From: an uncultured Gemmataceae bacterium
GTDB taxonomy: Bacteria > Planctomycetota > Planctomycetia > Gemmatales > Gemmataceae
Direction of reading: 5' to 3'
DNA: 64,000 nt
Assembly (NCBI GenBank): GCA_963750165.1
Contig: CAVVPN010000003.1
Coordinates: 2,208,001 to 2,272,000, forward strand
The translations under genes and the position numbers were made by a program. Shown here in pieces: positions 17,997 through 29,888 of this stretch (the stretch's first letter is position 1; each line of letters starts with the position of its first letter). The notes below the pieces were generated by a model, which did not search any database, was not told the DNA's origin, and saw only the letters and a list, made by a program, of their open reading frames with translations.

Positions 17997-19511
17997 TCAC
18001 TGTTTCGGAATGTAATTCAGCGTGTAATACGCCTCATTGTGCAGCAGCGGTGCGCCGTCCGCGGAGCGCACGCCCGCCGCGGTCAGGTCGTGGATGTGGC
18101 CCTCCTGCAAGCCATCGACCCACAGCCGCACCCTCTTGCCGTCCGCGCCCACCTGCACCTTTGTGATCTTCGGCGTCGTCGCGTCCACCTCCGGACTGCC
18201 GTACGCCGATTGATAAATATACGTGAACGTCTTCATCTTGTACGAGTCCACCGCGCCGGCGGCTTTCGGGTCCACCGGCTTCGTGAACGTCAGCTCGAAG
18301 CCGTCCGGTTTGGCCCGCATCTCGTGAATCTCGAACGGCACCTTGCCCGTCCAGACCAACCGCTCCACCGCGAATGGCTTGTTGCCGCGCGAGCCCCAGC
18401 CGCGGCTCGTGCCACCAACGAACAGCGATCCATCCTTGCCGAAGCGCACCGGCACGTTGCCCGAGCCGAAGCCCTGCCGGAACGGGAAGCATACCCCCTG
18501 ATAGCGGCCGTTGACCTTTTCCAGGAACACGCGCATCACCGTGCTGTGCGTCTGGTCGCCGACGAACAGCTGTTTCTCGAACGGGCCGAATTTGCCGCCG
18601 GACAGGTCGCAGTCAATGCCGCTGGCGGACTGGCCCATCTTGCCGTAAGGGAAGATCACGCACGTCGGCACGAACTGCGGAATCTTCTTCGCCTCGATCA
18701 TGATGCGGCTGCCGCTTTTGGGCACCTTCGGCGCCGGTCCAAGGTACTGTGCTTCCTTCTCCTTGTACCACTTGAAACTGTCCGGGTGGCCGACGAAGCC
18801 GCCGACCGTCAACTGCTTCAGGCCGCAGGCGCCGTTCCACGGGCCCTGGTTGTCGGTGTAGAAGACATCACCCACGGCGTTGAAGCCGACGCCGCCCGGC
18901 GAACGCACGCCGCTGGTCGTCGGCACGAATTTGCCGTCCGGCGTCACCTTGCCGGCCCAGCCGCGGAACTTGTGGTTGCTGTTGAACGAGCCGGTCAGGC
19001 AGAGCGTGATCCACAAATTGCCGTCCTTGTCGAAGCGCGAGCCGAAGGCGTATTCATGGTAGTCGCCGTTGATCTCCCAGCCGTCGGTCACGACCTCGAA
19101 CAGATCCGCCTTGCCATCGCGGTTGGTGTCCTTGATGCGCGACACGTCCGGCCGCTGCGTGACGTACAGCCAGCCATCCTTCTGCGCCAACCCCAGCACC
19201 TCGTGCAGGCCGTGAGCGAAGCGCGTGAATTTCGCCTGTTTGGGGTCTTCCGAGTAGGCGTTGTCGATCATCCAGATTTCGCCGCGGCGTGTGCCGACCG
19301 CCACCTTGCCGTCCGGCATGATCTCGATGGCGCCGGCCTCCAGCACCTCGCCGGGCGGCAAGTCGAAGCGCAGGAGCTTGTAGTATTCCTCCTCGCCGGT
19401 GTTCGCGGCGGGTTGTTTCTTCTTGCCCTTCCCCTTGCCCTGGGCCTGGGCGGAGGTCGCCAGCATCAAGAGGGCCAGGAGCAGGGCGGTGCATCGGCAT
19501 GTGAAGCTCAT
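17997..19511 (-). CDS. Secreted planctomycete beta-propeller (glucose/sorbosone dehydrogenase-like) protein
   Basis: Signal peptide; [34 protein letters not shown]. Confidence 0.78.
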   Translation of the reverse strand: MSFTCRCTALLLALLMLATSAQAQGKGKGKKKQPAANTGEEEYYKLLRFDLPPGEVLEAGAIEIMPDGKVAVGTRRGEIWMIDNAYSEDPKQAKFTRFAHGLHEVLGLAQKDGWLYVTQRPDVSRIKDTNRDGKADLFEVVTDGWEINGDYHEYAFGSRFDKDGNLWITLCLTGSFNSNHKFRGWAGKVTPDGKFVPTTSGVRSPGGVGFNAVGDVFYTDNQGPWNGACGLKQLTVGGFVGHPDSFKWYKEKEAQYLGPAPKVPKSGSRIMIEAKKIPQFVPTCVIFPYGKMGQSASGIDCDLSGGKFGPFEKQLFVGDQTHSTVMRVFLEKVNGRYQGVCFPFRQGFGSGNVPVRFGKDGSLFVGGTSRGWGSRGNKPFAVERLVWTGKVPFEIHEMRAKPDGFELTFTKPVDPKAAGAVDSYKMKTFTYIYQSAYGSPEVDATTPKITKVQVGADGKRVRLWVDGLQEGHIHDLTAAGVRSADGAPLLHNEAYYTLNYIPKQ

Positions 19512-19642
19512 CGGTAATTCCTTGCTTTTTCGAGCCCCCGCAGGGGCGGTATCTGTTCGCCAGGCACCCGGACCCGGTGGCCTGGCGCTTGCTCATCCGG
19601 TCAACGGAGTGGCGCTCGGCGGCGCCGACGGACAACGGCGGT

Positions 19643-19710
19643 CACAGCAAGGGGGCCAAGGGGGCCAAGGGGGCCAACTTTTTCACACGTCGAGAATTGG
19701 CACCCTTGCT
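19643..19710 (+). repeat. Third copy of the dispersed (AAGGGGGCC)3 element
   Basis: Matches 1118-1176 base for base. Confidence 0.9.
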
Positions 19711-19728
19711 CCCGGCCCCGGTCGTCTG

Positions 19729-22470
19729 TCACCACGCAATTTCCTGCACCACCTGGGCCTTGCCATTGTCGAAGCGCAGCGGCACCAGCAGCTCCGCCCG
19801 GCCGCCGGACTGTCGCACCTGCGGCGCCCCGCCGCCCTCGATGCGCACCCGGTAACCGTCCACGCGGTACCAGCCCCGCTCCAGCGCCTCGATCTTGCTG
19901 CCGACCGCCGCGCGGAAGTACAGGTCCGCCGGCGGCTGCGTCGCGGTCAACGTCAGCGTCCGCAGCAGCGCCGTCTCCTTGCGAACCGCCGGGTTCGGGA
20001 AGTCCTCCACCGTCACGCCGCCGAAGCTGTACAGGAACGTCGGCCGGTCATCCGGCGTCAAACGGTAGCCCTTGAACCTGTAACCCTGCGCCTTCGCCGC
20101 CGTCGTCGGCCAGGCCGCGTCGCCCTTGCCGAGCGCGGCGAACGGCACGCCCGGCGGCAGCTTCAAAATGTTGTCGCCCAGCGGCCCCTCGAAGCCGACG
20201 CCGCGATCCGTCCAGTGTCGGGCCGCGTCGATGAACGCGCCCTGCCACAGCAGTGCCAGCCGCACGTCGTTGGCGTCGAAAGCCAGGTTCACCTTCTCCG
20301 GGTAGCCGACGCCGATGGCCCGCGAGCCGGCGCCCGCAATGAAGTTGCGGTAAATGATGGCGCTGGAGATCGGCGTCAGCGGCAGATACTGTTTGCCCAT
20401 GCCGATCGGCAGCTTGGCGCCCTTGCCATCCTTCAGGTACACCCAGATGGCCTCGATCTGCGTCGCCGCCTTGCCGTCGAGCAACTTCGGCAGCGTGCTC
20501 TGGCCGTCCGGCCAGCCGGTCGGCATGCGCGTGCCGGGGCGGATGCGCTGCGGGTCCAGCACGTAGGCGTGATACCAGTCGCGCTGCAGCCGCTTCGGCA
20601 TCAGCGTCATGTCGATGCCCTGAATGCCCTCGGCCTTGACGCCGTTGAACGTGTGGCACTTGATGCAGCCGAAACCCTGCACGCCGACCATGTGCCGGCC
20701 GGCCGACTTCGCCTTCGCGAGGTTGTCGAATTTCACCTCCGGGGCCGCGGGCACCTTGTCGATGGCCGCCACCGCGTCGGCGAACGGCCCGACGTTGGCC
20801 AGACCGAAGCCGGGCATGCGCGTGTGCATGTACGGCCGGTCGTGGGTGCCCCAGTCGAGAATCTGCTTCAAATACGCCGGGTTCAGCTTGGCGCCGACGC
20901 CGTCCAGCGGCGGCGGCACGCGGCCCTCGTCGCCCATTTCCGGCTGGGCCGTCGTGAAGAGCTTGTCCAGTTCGCCCATGGGACCGCCGACCTTCGCGCG
21001 GCTGTGGCAGGCGTAGCAGTTGAACGTCGTCATGGTGCGGGCGATCACCGCGGCCGGCTCCTTGCTCTGCTGCGGCGGCTTCTTGAGCGCCGCGGCCAGG
21101 GCGGTGCGCTGGCCGCCGCTCAGCGCGTACCACGGACTGCCCTTCGCCGGCGCCGCCGACAGACAGCCGCCCGCGCCCTTGAGCTGGTTCAGCGGCGCCG
21201 CCGTCAGCGTTGAGGTGAACGTCTTGCCGCCCTCGTTCAGCTGGTGACAACTGGCACAGCCGGCCGAGGCGAACAGCGCCCGACCCTTCGCGACCAGCGC
21301 CGGCTGAACGTCCAGGAAATCCGGCTCGTCCTGCTTCACCGCCTGCTTTTTGTTGAGCGCCTCCGCGGTCGCGGCGACGAGGCCGCCCAGCGGCTGCCGG
21401 CCCAGGCCCGGGCCCTCGACCTCCACGCTCAGCTCGATGCCGCCGCCGGCCTGGAAGAAGCCGACCGTCACCTGATGCACCCCCTTCGTCAGCTTGATCT
21501 TGCCCGACTTGCCCTGCGGCGGGTGGACGCCGTCGTTGTTCACCACCTGCTTGCCATCCACGTACAGCCGGCTGCCGTCGTCGCTGTTCAGCAGGAAGGT
21601 GTAGGTGCCGGCGCGGTCGGCCTTGAAAAAGCCCTCGAAGCGCACGCCGTAGTCGCCGCCGCGCCTGGCGACGCCCAGATGGAACGCGGCGCCGGTGCCG
21701 GTCGCGACCGGCTTCAGCTTGTCGAAGTCCGGCAGCCTGGTCCACGAACCCTCGTAGTAGGCGTAGGTGGTGGCGCCCTGGGTCAGGTCCACCTTGACGC
21801 CCTGAATCAGGTAGTGGGCCACGTCGTGCGCCTCCTTGGCGGTGAACAGCAGGTGCGGCATACGGCCGGATGGGCGCGTTTGCAGCGGGTCGCCCAGAAA
21901 CGCTGCCAGGCTGCTGATTGTGTATTTGCCCTTGAGGTCGCCCAGTGGCACGCAGCCGGCTGGCGTTCGTTCGGCCAGGCCCCTGGCGTCGCGCGGTCCG
22001 TGACAGGCGACGCAGCCGACCTTGCTGTACAGATCGCGGCCGGCGGTCACCGCCTTGAAGTCGGGCCGCTCCTGACGCGGCGTGCCGGTCGTGGCGAGGA
22101 AGTGGACCAGCGCCTCGATCTTGGCGGTCTTGTCGGTGTCGCCGCCGAAGACGTTGGGCATGGTGGTGCCCGGCTTGGTCGCCTGCGGATCGGCCAGGAA
22201 TTTCTTCAAATGGCTGACGCGGACGCGGGCGCCGACGTGATCCAGAATGGGCGCCTGTTTGCGGTTCACGGCGGCGTCGGTCGCCGGCGCGTGGCAGCTG
22301 GTGCAGTTCAGTTCGCCGAGCAACAGCTGGCCGCCGTGGGCGGCGTCCGCCTTGTCGCCGGCGAAGAACCGTTGAAAGCCGGGGACGACGGGTTCCTGAG
22401 CGGGACCACGGGACGGGCCGCCGGCCAGGTAGAGCACGGCGGCCGTGAGGGCGAGAGACAAGCGCTTCAT
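19729..22470 (-). CDS. Pentaheme cytochrome c with a PA14 domain
   Basis: CTSCH, CVACH, CASCH, CYACH, CIKCH; PA14 core [23 protein letters not shown]; signal peptide MKRLSL. Confidence 0.88.
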   Translation of the reverse strand: MKRLSLALTAAVLYLAGGPSRGPAQEPVVPGFQRFFAGDKADAAHGGQLLLGELNCTSCHAPATDAAVNRKQAPILDHVGARVRVSHLKKFLADPQATKPGTTMPNVFGGDTDKTAKIEALVHFLATTGTPRQERPDFKAVTAGRDLYSKVGCVACHGPRDARGLAERTPAGCVPLGDLKGKYTISSLAAFLGDPLQTRPSGRMPHLLFTAKEAHDVAHYLIQGVKVDLTQGATTYAYYEGSWTRLPDFDKLKPVATGTGAAFHLGVARRGGDYGVRFEGFFKADRAGTYTFLLNSDDGSRLYVDGKQVVNNDGVHPPQGKSGKIKLTKGVHQVTVGFFQAGGGIELSVEVEGPGLGRQPLGGLVAATAEALNKKQAVKQDEPDFLDVQPALVAKGRALFASAGCASCHQLNEGGKTFTSTLTAAPLNQLKGAGGCLSAAPAKGSPWYALSGGQRTALAAALKKPPQQSKEPAAVIARTMTTFNCYACHSRAKVGGPMGELDKLFTTAQPEMGDEGRVPPPLDGVGAKLNPAYLKQILDWGTHDRPYMHTRMPGFGLANVGPFADAVAAIDKVPAAPEVKFDNLAKAKSAGRHMVGVQGFGCIKCHTFNGVKAEGIQGIDMTLMPKRLQRDWYHAYVLDPQRIRPGTRMPTGWPDGQSTLPKLLDGKAATQIEAIWVYLKDGKGAKLPIGMGKQYLPLTPISSAIIYRNFIAGAGSRAIGVGYPEKVNLAFDANDVRLALLWQGAFIDAARHWTDRGVGFEGPLGDNILKLPPGVPFAALGKGDAAWPTTAAKAQGYRFKGYRLTPDDRPTFLYSFGGVTVEDFPNPAVRKETALLRTLTLTATQPPADLYFRAAVGSKIEALERGWYRVDGYRVRIEGGGAPQVRQSGGRAELLVPLRFDNGKAQVVQEIAW

Positions 22471-22805
22471 GGAGCAACCTCGGCAGGTTGGGATGGTGGC
22501 GGGCAATGGTGGTCAATGGCGGGAGCGCCGCGAGTCAGTTGGGCATATTTCCAGGCTATCCGCCCGGCGCGGCCGTGTCCACCGTCAAATGGCGGCTTTC
22601 TCGGTCGATTCCAGGAATTCGTTCCTGATTCGCTCGACCAGCGCATTGAACGCGGCGTACGGACTTCCCGCTTTCAGGCGGCCTCTTGACAAGTGCCGCA
22701 GGCCGGGGTCAGATAGAGCGATTGCCGCGAACCCATTACGGTTCGGGACTCGCATTCCCCGCGCCGCCGCGGCGGCGCGGCGTGTCTAACAAAAGGTGCC
22801 CGATC

Positions 22806-24327
22806 ATGCGTATCCAGTGTTCCTCCTGCGAGAAGTTCCTGCGCATCAACGACACCCTGGCGGGCAAGAAGATCAAGTGCCCCAGCTGCGGCACCGTCCA
22901 GATTGCCGAGGCCGCCCCGGAAGAGGAAGCCATCCAGGCAGCGCCGCCGGTCAAAAAGAAACCGGCCGCCAACGTCGCCGCCCGGCTGCCGGTCAAGAAG
23001 CGGCCCGTCACCGACGACGAGGACGAAGCCCCCGTCCCGCCGGCGCGAGCGCCGCCCCGCGGACGACGAGGACGAGGACGACCGGCCGCGACCGCGCAAG
23101 AAGAAGCAGAAGCAGGAGGCCGGGTCGAACAAGATGCTGATCTGGCTGCTGGCGGGCGGCGGCGGCCTGCTGGCGCTGGCGGCGGTGGTCGTGGTCGTCC
23201 TCATCGTCCTGAACAGTGGCGGCAAGGGCGGCTCCGGCGGTGGTGGTGGGGGCGGCGGGGGTGCAGGGGGCGGTGGTGGGGGGGGCGGCGGCGGCGGCGG
23301 CCCCGCCGTGACCATCAATCTTGGCGCGTCGCCGCGGGTCGGGCAGCGCCGAAAGACCGTCGGTTTGGTGGAAGTGACTTCCGAAGGCGGTGCCCTTGGC
23401 ATTAACGGCAAGGGACATTTCAAGGGGGAAGTGACCACCGTGGCCGTCGGCCCGGAAGGGCGGGAGGCTCAGCTCGAGGTGGCCGTGGAGGTGCTTACCC
23501 AGGAGGCCGGAGGTCAGAACATCCCCACCGTGGAGCCGGGCACACAACTCGTTGGCAAGGTGACGGAACGCGGGGTGGATTTCACCCGCAAGGCCAGAGG
23601 CGGCAACCCGAGTTCCATTTACCTGCCCTACCTGGCAAAGATAATCGGGCACTCGGCGGCCAAGGACGAGCCGGACCCGACCCGACTCTTCAAAACGGAC
23701 CAGAAGCACGCGCTGGGTAGTACGTGGCCCGTCAACCGCGCCGAGGCGGTGCGGATCATGACGAAAAATTCGGCGAACATGCCCACTGATAAAATGTCGA
23801 TCACTGGCAACGGCAAACTGGTCGCGATCACCACGGAGGGGGGCAAGGACTACTTCGACGTGGAGGGCAATGCCACGCTGAGTGTGGAGAACGTGACGGA
23901 TCCGACTACCAATTCATTCATCCGATCCGCTGTCGTGATTCTCAAGTACACGGCCCGCTACCCCGCCGACTACTCCACCGGCCCGGTCAAGCGGACGTTT
24001 TCGGTGCATGTCCGCGCAGACCTGGACTTCGCCGGCAAGCCGCTGAAAATTAACATCAAGGAAAAAGTGACCGAGGATTCCCAGTATCTGGACGGCGGTG
24101 GTGGCGGCGCCAAGAAGGGGAAGCGTCCGGCTCCGCTGGAGGGCCGGTTGTGGCAGCCCCTTCCGGATGCGCTGGGCCGGCTCCCCGCGAACGATTTGGT
24201 GTGGCTTCCCGAAGCGCCTTGCCTCGGCGAGTGGCGCGGCGGCCGCCCCCCCTTGTGGCCCGGTCACAACAGGGTCGCAGCGCCGGGTGTTTCGGCCGGC
24301 ACTGCGACCCTGTTAACGAATGCTTGA
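22806..24327 (+). CDS. Zinc-ribbon/TM/poly-Gly membrane protein (frameshift near 23035)
   Basis: MRIQCSSC...KIKCPSCG in one frame; charged linker, TM, poly-Gly and C-domain continue in ORF 22903..24327; true stop uncertain. Confidence 0.7.
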
Positions 24328-24333
24328 TGCCGA

Positions 24334-25658
24334 TTACAGCGTCTGCCAGCCCTTGCGGTACTCGCGGCGGACGTAGCGGTTGGCGGCGTCGTTGCCGACG
24401 CAGCGCAGGTTCGCCGAGTCCCACGTGATCCGCTGGCCGGCACGCAGGGCAACGTTGCCCAGCAGCGCCATCTCGGTCAGCAGCGAAGCGTAGCCCGGGA
24501 AGTTGGACATCGCCTCGGGGCCGCCCTTGCAGGCACGGAACCATTCCTGGATGTGCTGGCCGTCCACCCGCGGCATCTTCGGCTGCGGCGGCCGATAGCC
24601 CTTGAAGTTGTTCAACGGCAGCAGCACGTAGCGGTCGCCGTAGTCCGACGCCGAGTACATCGTGCCCTTGCTGCCAACCATCAGGCTGCCGCTGCCCGAC
24701 GGCTTCTGACCCTGGAACAGGTTCATCGGCGGCAGACCGCGTTCGTACCACACCATCCGCACCGCCGGCAGCGTGCCGCGCGCCGGGAACTCATACGTGA
24801 TGGTGCAGCCCACCGGCGGGCTCTCGTTGTTGACCGCCTGCGCCGGCACCGCCGACACCGTTGTCGGCGCGCCCAGCCGCAGCGCCATGAACGGCAGGTT
24901 CATGGTGTGGCAGGCCATGTCGCCAATGGCCCCGGTGCCGAAGTCCCACCAGCCGCGCCAGTTGAACGGCGCGTAGGCCGGGTTGTACGGCCGCATCGGC
25001 GCCGGGCCGATCCACAGGTCCCAGCTGAGCGTGGCGGGCACGGCCGGCGTGCCCTGCGGCCGCGTCTGCCCCTGCGGCCAGATCGGCCGATTCGTCCAGA
25101 CGTGGATCTCGCGCACGTCGCCCAGCGCCCCGGACTGAACGATTTCGGCGGCGGTGCGCAGGCCGTTGGTCGAGGTGCCCTGGTTGCCCATCTGCGTCTT
25201 GACGCGGAACTTCGTCGCCGTGTCCTTCATCAGCCGCGCTTCCCAGATGTCGTGGGTCAGCGGCTTCTCGCAGTAGCAGTGCTTGCCCAGGCGCATGGCC
25301 ATGACGCTGGCGTGCGCGTGGGTGTTGTCCGGCGTGGCCACGATCACCGCATCGAGGGTCTTTTCCTTTTCGAGCAGCACGCGGAAGTCGTGGTAACGGC
25401 GCGCGTTGGGGCGCGCTTGTAGGCATTGGCGGCGCGGGCGTCGTCCACGTCGCACAGGGCGATCAGGTTCTCGGTCTTGAGCGACGGGCCGATGTGGGCC
25501 TCGCCGCGACCGCCGGCGCCGATGAGGGCGATGTTGAGACGGTCGTTCGGCCCGGGCTGCCGCTGCTGCGCGGCTTCGAGGCCGCCGGCCACCCAGAACC
25601 CGACGCCAGCCATCGCCGACGTCTTGAGGAAGTCACGCCGTGAAGAACGTTGACTCAT
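24334..25658 (-). CDS. Tat-exported Gfo/Idh/MocA oxidoreductase (frameshift near 25410)
   Basis: SRRDFLK and IGAGGRG in ORF 25344..25658; ATPDNTH, CEKPL, GDMACH in ORF 24334..25455. Confidence 0.88.
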
Positions 25659-25855
25659 GCTGCAACTCCTTCGGATCGAGTCAGAGAGGGGGTAATGCCG
25701 ACTGTCACCACTCTAAACCCCCCGCGTGTCGGCGGCAACCCACTTCTGAATTTTCCGCGCCGCCGCCCGGTAAACCTTGACGGTCGCGGCCCACCCACGG
25801 CACAATGACAGTACATTTTCTTGCGGAAAGGATTCCGCTTCTTGGAGAACCAGGG

Positions 25856-26586
25856 ATGACACGTCGCATCGCAATCGTGGTGTCGGTACTGCTGACTCTG
25901 CCGGCGGCGGGGGCGTCGCGGCGCACGGCCAACTTCGCGGTCGAGGCGCCGACGCAGGAGATCGCCGACCGCGTCGCCGAGGTAGCCGAGCGGCAGCGCA
26001 AGAACCAGGCGCTGGCGTGGCTCGGCCGCGAGCTGCCGCCGTGGCAGAAACCGTGCCCGCTGCGCGTCGAGTTGAGCATGGAGGGCCCCACCGGCTCCAC
26101 GTCGTTTTTGTTCGCGGCGCAGGGCGGCGTTCTATCGCAGAAGATGGAGATCAAGGGGCCGCTCGACCGGCTGCTCGCCGCGGTGCTGCCGCACGAGATC
26201 ACGCACACGATCTTCGCCCACCACCTTGGCCGGCCGGTGCCGCGCTGGGCCGACGAGGGGGCGCCGTCACCGCCGAGGACGCCCAGGAGCATGTGCGGCA
26301 CGCGAAGATCATGCAGAAGGCGTTGAAGGCCGGCAATCACGCGCCGCTGCGGGTCCTGTTCGGCCGCGAGCAATTTCCCGCCGACCACGCGGCAGTGTGT
26401 ACGTTTTACGGGCAGAGTTACTCGGTCAGTCGCTTTTTGATTGTCGCGGGCGGGCGGCAGAAATTTCTGGACTTCGTGAAGCGCGGCTATCAGGATGGCT
26501 GGGACGAGGCCGCGCAGGCGGTCTACGGCTACCCCAGCGTCGAGGCGCTGGAACGGGCCTGGCTGGCGTCGGTGCGGCAGCAGTGA
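25856..26586 (+). CDS. Secreted HExxH (peptidase MA-like) protein (frameshift near 26260)
   Basis: Signal peptide; LPHEITHTIF...PVPRWADEG then FYGQSYSVSRFL in the next frame. Confidence 0.78.
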
Positions 26587-26652
26587 GCGTGGCGCCGGCC
26601 GGGGATGGCGTTTTCTCTCTTTCCCAAAGGAGCGTCTGATAGGAGGAGCGTT

Positions 26653-26850
26653 ATGAACGGGTCTGAGCTGTGGGTCGGCATTCTGGTGGTGGGGTTGTTC
26701 ACGGGAGGACTGTTGTACTTCATCTTCCGCGACGCCCGCCGCATGGACAAACGCCCTGCCCTGGTGCGCGGCGGCAAACGCCGCAAGGTCAAACCCACGC
26801 GCGGCCCGGCCAAACCCGTCCCGAACCAGCCGGCCGACGGCGCCGTCTAA
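26653..26850 (+). CDS. Small single-TM basic protein
   Basis: AGGAGG RBS; WVGILVVGLFTGGLLYFIF followed by a basic tail. Confidence 0.6.
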   Translation: MNGSELWVGILVVGLFTGGLLYFIFRDARRMDKRPALVRGGKRRKVKPTRGPAKPVPNQPADGAV

Positions 26851-26880
26851 TACCGAATCGCCTTGGCGGTTCTTGGCCCT

Positions 26881-26943
26881 GGTCGGAGCCCGAGCGCCAG
26901 CGCGGGGCAGAGCCTGCCCCGCGCTAGCGCTCGGGCTCCGACC
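26881..26943. repeat. REP-like palindrome
   Basis: GGTCGGAGCCCGAGCGCCAGCGCGGGGCAG / CTGCCCCGCGCTAGCGCTCGGGCTCCGACC. Confidence 0.85.
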
Positions 26944-27129
26944 ACCACGAAACTCCACGGCGATTCCGTATCAGCCCAGGGCCGCGGTTTCTTCTGCTAT
27001 TCCTCCTTCCCCACCAGCAGGGGGAAAGCGCCAGGCCACCCTGTTCGGCCCCCTGGCATACAGATCGTTGAAAGCTTCGGAGGCCGTTCAAGAGACTCCG
27101 GCTGTAGCTTTTGCAGATTGCTGCGCCAC

Positions 27130-27263
27130 TTGCAAGCGGCCGATGATCGAGTCGGTGTGCCAAACCAAGGGATTCAAGGCTCCGATCATCTGTACGCCCG
27201 AAGAACTCTTGGGGTCAAAATCATGAACGATCCGATTGTTGACGAAGTGCGTCGGATTCGAGC
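27130..27263 (+). pseudogene. Remnant of a PIN-domain toxin C-terminus plus its overlapping small partner gene
   Basis: RPMIESVCQTKGFKAPIICTPEELLG* overlapping (ATGA at 27223) MNDPIVDEVRRIR; both truncated. Confidence 0.65.
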
Positions 27264-27395
27264 GACCGGGGCCGCCATTCCGGTTTCTCAGGTTTCAAAG
27301 TCGCTGGAGGCGGCCCCCGCGGCCGAGCTTTAGCGTTCGCGCACTTGCGGGGCAAGCGCGAACCGATGAATCAAAGAGGATTGTTGGTGTTGAAT

Positions 27396-28422
27396 CTACT
27401 GCCAGCGCACCACGGCGCACAGGTACTCTTCCTTCTTCTTCAACAGCCCTTCATAAACGCCGCCCAGCTCCTCCGGCCGGATGCGCTGCGTGATGAGGCC
27501 GTTCAGGCTCAGCCGGCCGCTCGTCAGCGCTGCCAGCAACCAGCGCTGCGCCTTGTGGATGTCCCATGCCCCGGCAAGCCGCGTGTGTGCCGGCTCGAAC
27601 AGCATGTTGCCGTGCGCCCCCGTCACCTCCAGGTAGCGGCGGTGCAGGTCGTCGTAGAAGTTGACGTTGTTCGCCCGGCCGCGCGGGCTGCCGACCACCA
27701 CCACCTGGCCGGCGTCGCACGCCAGACTCATCGCCGTCGGGATCGCGTCCGGCACGCCCGTCGCATCGGCCACGATCTCGGCGCCGCGCCCCCAGGAACT
27801 GCTGCAACTGCGCCGCCGCGTCGCCGCCGCTGGGGTCGATGGCGAAATCGGCGCCCGCGGCCAGCGCTGCCTCGCGGCGCATCTTCACGGTGTCGATGCC
27901 GACGACCGGGTTGGCGCCCGCCGCGATCAGGCAGCGCAGCGAAAACTGGCCGATCAGCCCCAGGCCGAGCACCGCCGCGGAGCGCGCCAGCGTCAGCCCG
28001 GCGCGCACCGACGCGCCCAGGCCGTAGCGGGCGATGCACGCCAGCGACGCCTTTTCCGCGTCGAGGCCGTCCGGCAACTTCCACCAGCGGCCGCGCTCGT
28101 GGCCCAGCGTCAGCAGCTCGTGCGAGGCGTGATTGCCGGGGTAGCTGACGCGGTCGCCGACGTTCCAGCCGCGGATGTTGCCGCCGAGCGCGGCGATGCG
28201 GCCGGCGGCGCTGTAGCCGGAGCGGAAGGGGAACTTCCAGTCGGGCAGGTTCGGGTCCTTGAGCCACTGGTGCGTGCCGGTGTAGACAGCCAGCTCGGTG
28301 CCGGGGCTGACGGCGCTGACCTCCGTTTCGACGAGGATTTGATCTGGCCCGGGCGGCGGCAGTTCGACCTCGCGCACGGCAACTTTGAAGGGTTCGGTGA
28401 TGACGACCTGTCGCGCTCGCAT
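27396..28422 (-). CDS. MDR/zinc-binding alcohol dehydrogenase family (frameshift near 27790)
   Basis: SAVSPGTE, GYSAAG, VLGLGLIG, then ADATG...VVVVGS in the next frame. Confidence 0.85.
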
Positions 28423-28508
28423 GGCAACCTCGGCTGCGGTATCGGTGTCGGGAAGAGGTTAATATAGTAGTCTGGAGGGGAACCGAAACCCACCCGCGAG
28501 GACGACGC

Positions 28509-29885
28509 ATGCTCCTGCTCGGCCAGCAACGCCAGCGCACCTGTTCCGGCCTGACGCGCCGCGCCTTCCTGCAAATCGGCGGCAGCAGTGTCCTCGGCCT
28601 GTCGCTGGCGGACCTGCTGCGGTTGCGCTCGCAGTCCGGCCCGGCGGCCCACGGCAGCGCCCGGGCGGTGATCCTGCTCTGGCTCTGGGGCGGCCCCGCG
28701 CAGCTCGACACCTGGGACCCCAAGCCGGCCGCCCCGCTCGAATACCGCGGCCCCTTCGCCGCCATTCCGACGCGCGTCCCCGGCACGCGCATCGGCGAGT
28801 TGTTCCCGCAGCTGGCGGACCTCGCGGACCAGTTCGCCATCCTGCGGTCGCTGCACACGCAGTCCAACGATCACGGCGTCGCGGGCACCATCGGCCTGAC
28901 CGGCAGCGCCGGCGGGGCCGTCAACCTCGGTGGCCAGGCGCTCGCGGGCGGCGTTCGGCCGGCGACGGGTTCCGTGGTGGCCCGGGTCCGCGGCCAGCGC
29001 GGCGCGTTGCCGCCGTTCCTGGTCGTGGGCGGCCGGTTGCACCAGGGCAAGCGTGCCATCATCGGCGAGGGCGGCGGCCCGCTCGGCGCTCGTTATGACC
29101 CGTTCCGCCTGGAGTTCGACCCCGCACAGCAAAACGTCCGCATCCCCGCATTGCAGCTGCCGCCGAACCTGACGCCTGAGCGCCTCGGCGACCGCCAGCG
29201 GCTGCTGACCGCCCTCGACGGTGCGCAGCGGCAGACGGATCTGCTGCACGCCGGCCGCGCCATCAGCGATCACCGGGCGCAGGCCATCGCGCTGTTGACG
29301 GCGCCGGACGCCCGCCGCGTTTTCGACCTGGCGCAGGAGCGGCCGGCGCTGGCGGAGCGCTACGGCCGCACGCGCTTCGGCCAGTCGTGTCTGCTGGCCC
29401 GGCGGCTGGTGGAGCATGGCGTGCCGTTCGTGCAGGTGAACTGGAGCGACCACGTTGAGGCGGAGGAGGACTCCGGCGACGGCGGCTGGGACCACCATTA
29501 TCGCAACTTCCAGATCATGCAGGATCGTCACGCCCCGTGGCTGGATCAGGCCCTGTCCGCTCTGTTGATTGATCTGCGGCAGCGCGGTTTGCTGGAGCGG
29601 ACGCTGGTGCTGGCGGTCGGCGAGTTCGGCCGCTCGCCGCGCATCAACGCCAATGCGGGGCGCGAGCACTGGGAGCATTGTTACAGTGCGTTGCTGGCGG
29701 GCGGGGGAGTGCGCGGCGGCCGCGTGGTCGGCGAAAGCGACCGCCGGGCGGAGCGGCCGCACGAGCGCCCGACGACGCCGGCGGACGTGGCCGCGACGGT
29801 GCAGCACTGCGTCGGCATCACCAGCGAGCAGGCGGTTTCGCTCGGCGTCACGGTCAACGGCCAGGTGATCCATGAGCTGTTCTGA
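28509..29885 (+). CDS. DUF1501 family protein
   Basis: TRRAFL; WLWGGPAQLDTWDPKP, LLARRLVEHGVPFV, WDHH, GEFGRSP, GREHW. Confidence 0.93.
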   Translation: MLLLGQQRQRTCSGLTRRAFLQIGGSSVLGLSLADLLRLRSQSGPAAHGSARAVILLWLWGGPAQLDTWDPKPAAPLEYRGPFAAIPTRVPGTRIGELFPQLADLADQFAILRSLHTQSNDHGVAGTIGLTGSAGGAVNLGGQALAGGVRPATGSVVARVRGQRGALPPFLVVGGRLHQGKRAIIGEGGGPLGARYDPFRLEFDPAQQNVRIPALQLPPNLTPERLGDRQRLLTALDGAQRQTDLLHAGRAISDHRAQAIALLTAPDARRVFDLAQERPALAERYGRTRFGQSCLLARRLVEHGVPFVQVNWSDHVEAEEDSGDGGWDHHYRNFQIMQDRHAPWLDQALSALLIDLRQRGLLERTLVLAVGEFGRSPRINANAGREHWEHCYSALLAGGGVRGGRVVGESDRRAERPHERPTTPADVAATVQHCVGITSEQAVSLGVTVNGQVIHELF

Positions 29886-29888
29886 AAA

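Noticed and set aside
22686..22790. Riboswitch or ncRNA after TTGACA
   Set aside because: Only weak hairpins and no recognisable conserved motif; an Rfam search would be needed.
23215..23302. G-rich tract as a G-quadruplex or contingency locus
   Set aside because: Explained by an in-frame poly-Gly linker with mixed codons.
25400..27800. Programmed frameshifting or phase variation
   Set aside because: Tracts are short (4-5 nt), the genes are unrelated, and I saw no slippery heptamer; sequencing error is simpler.
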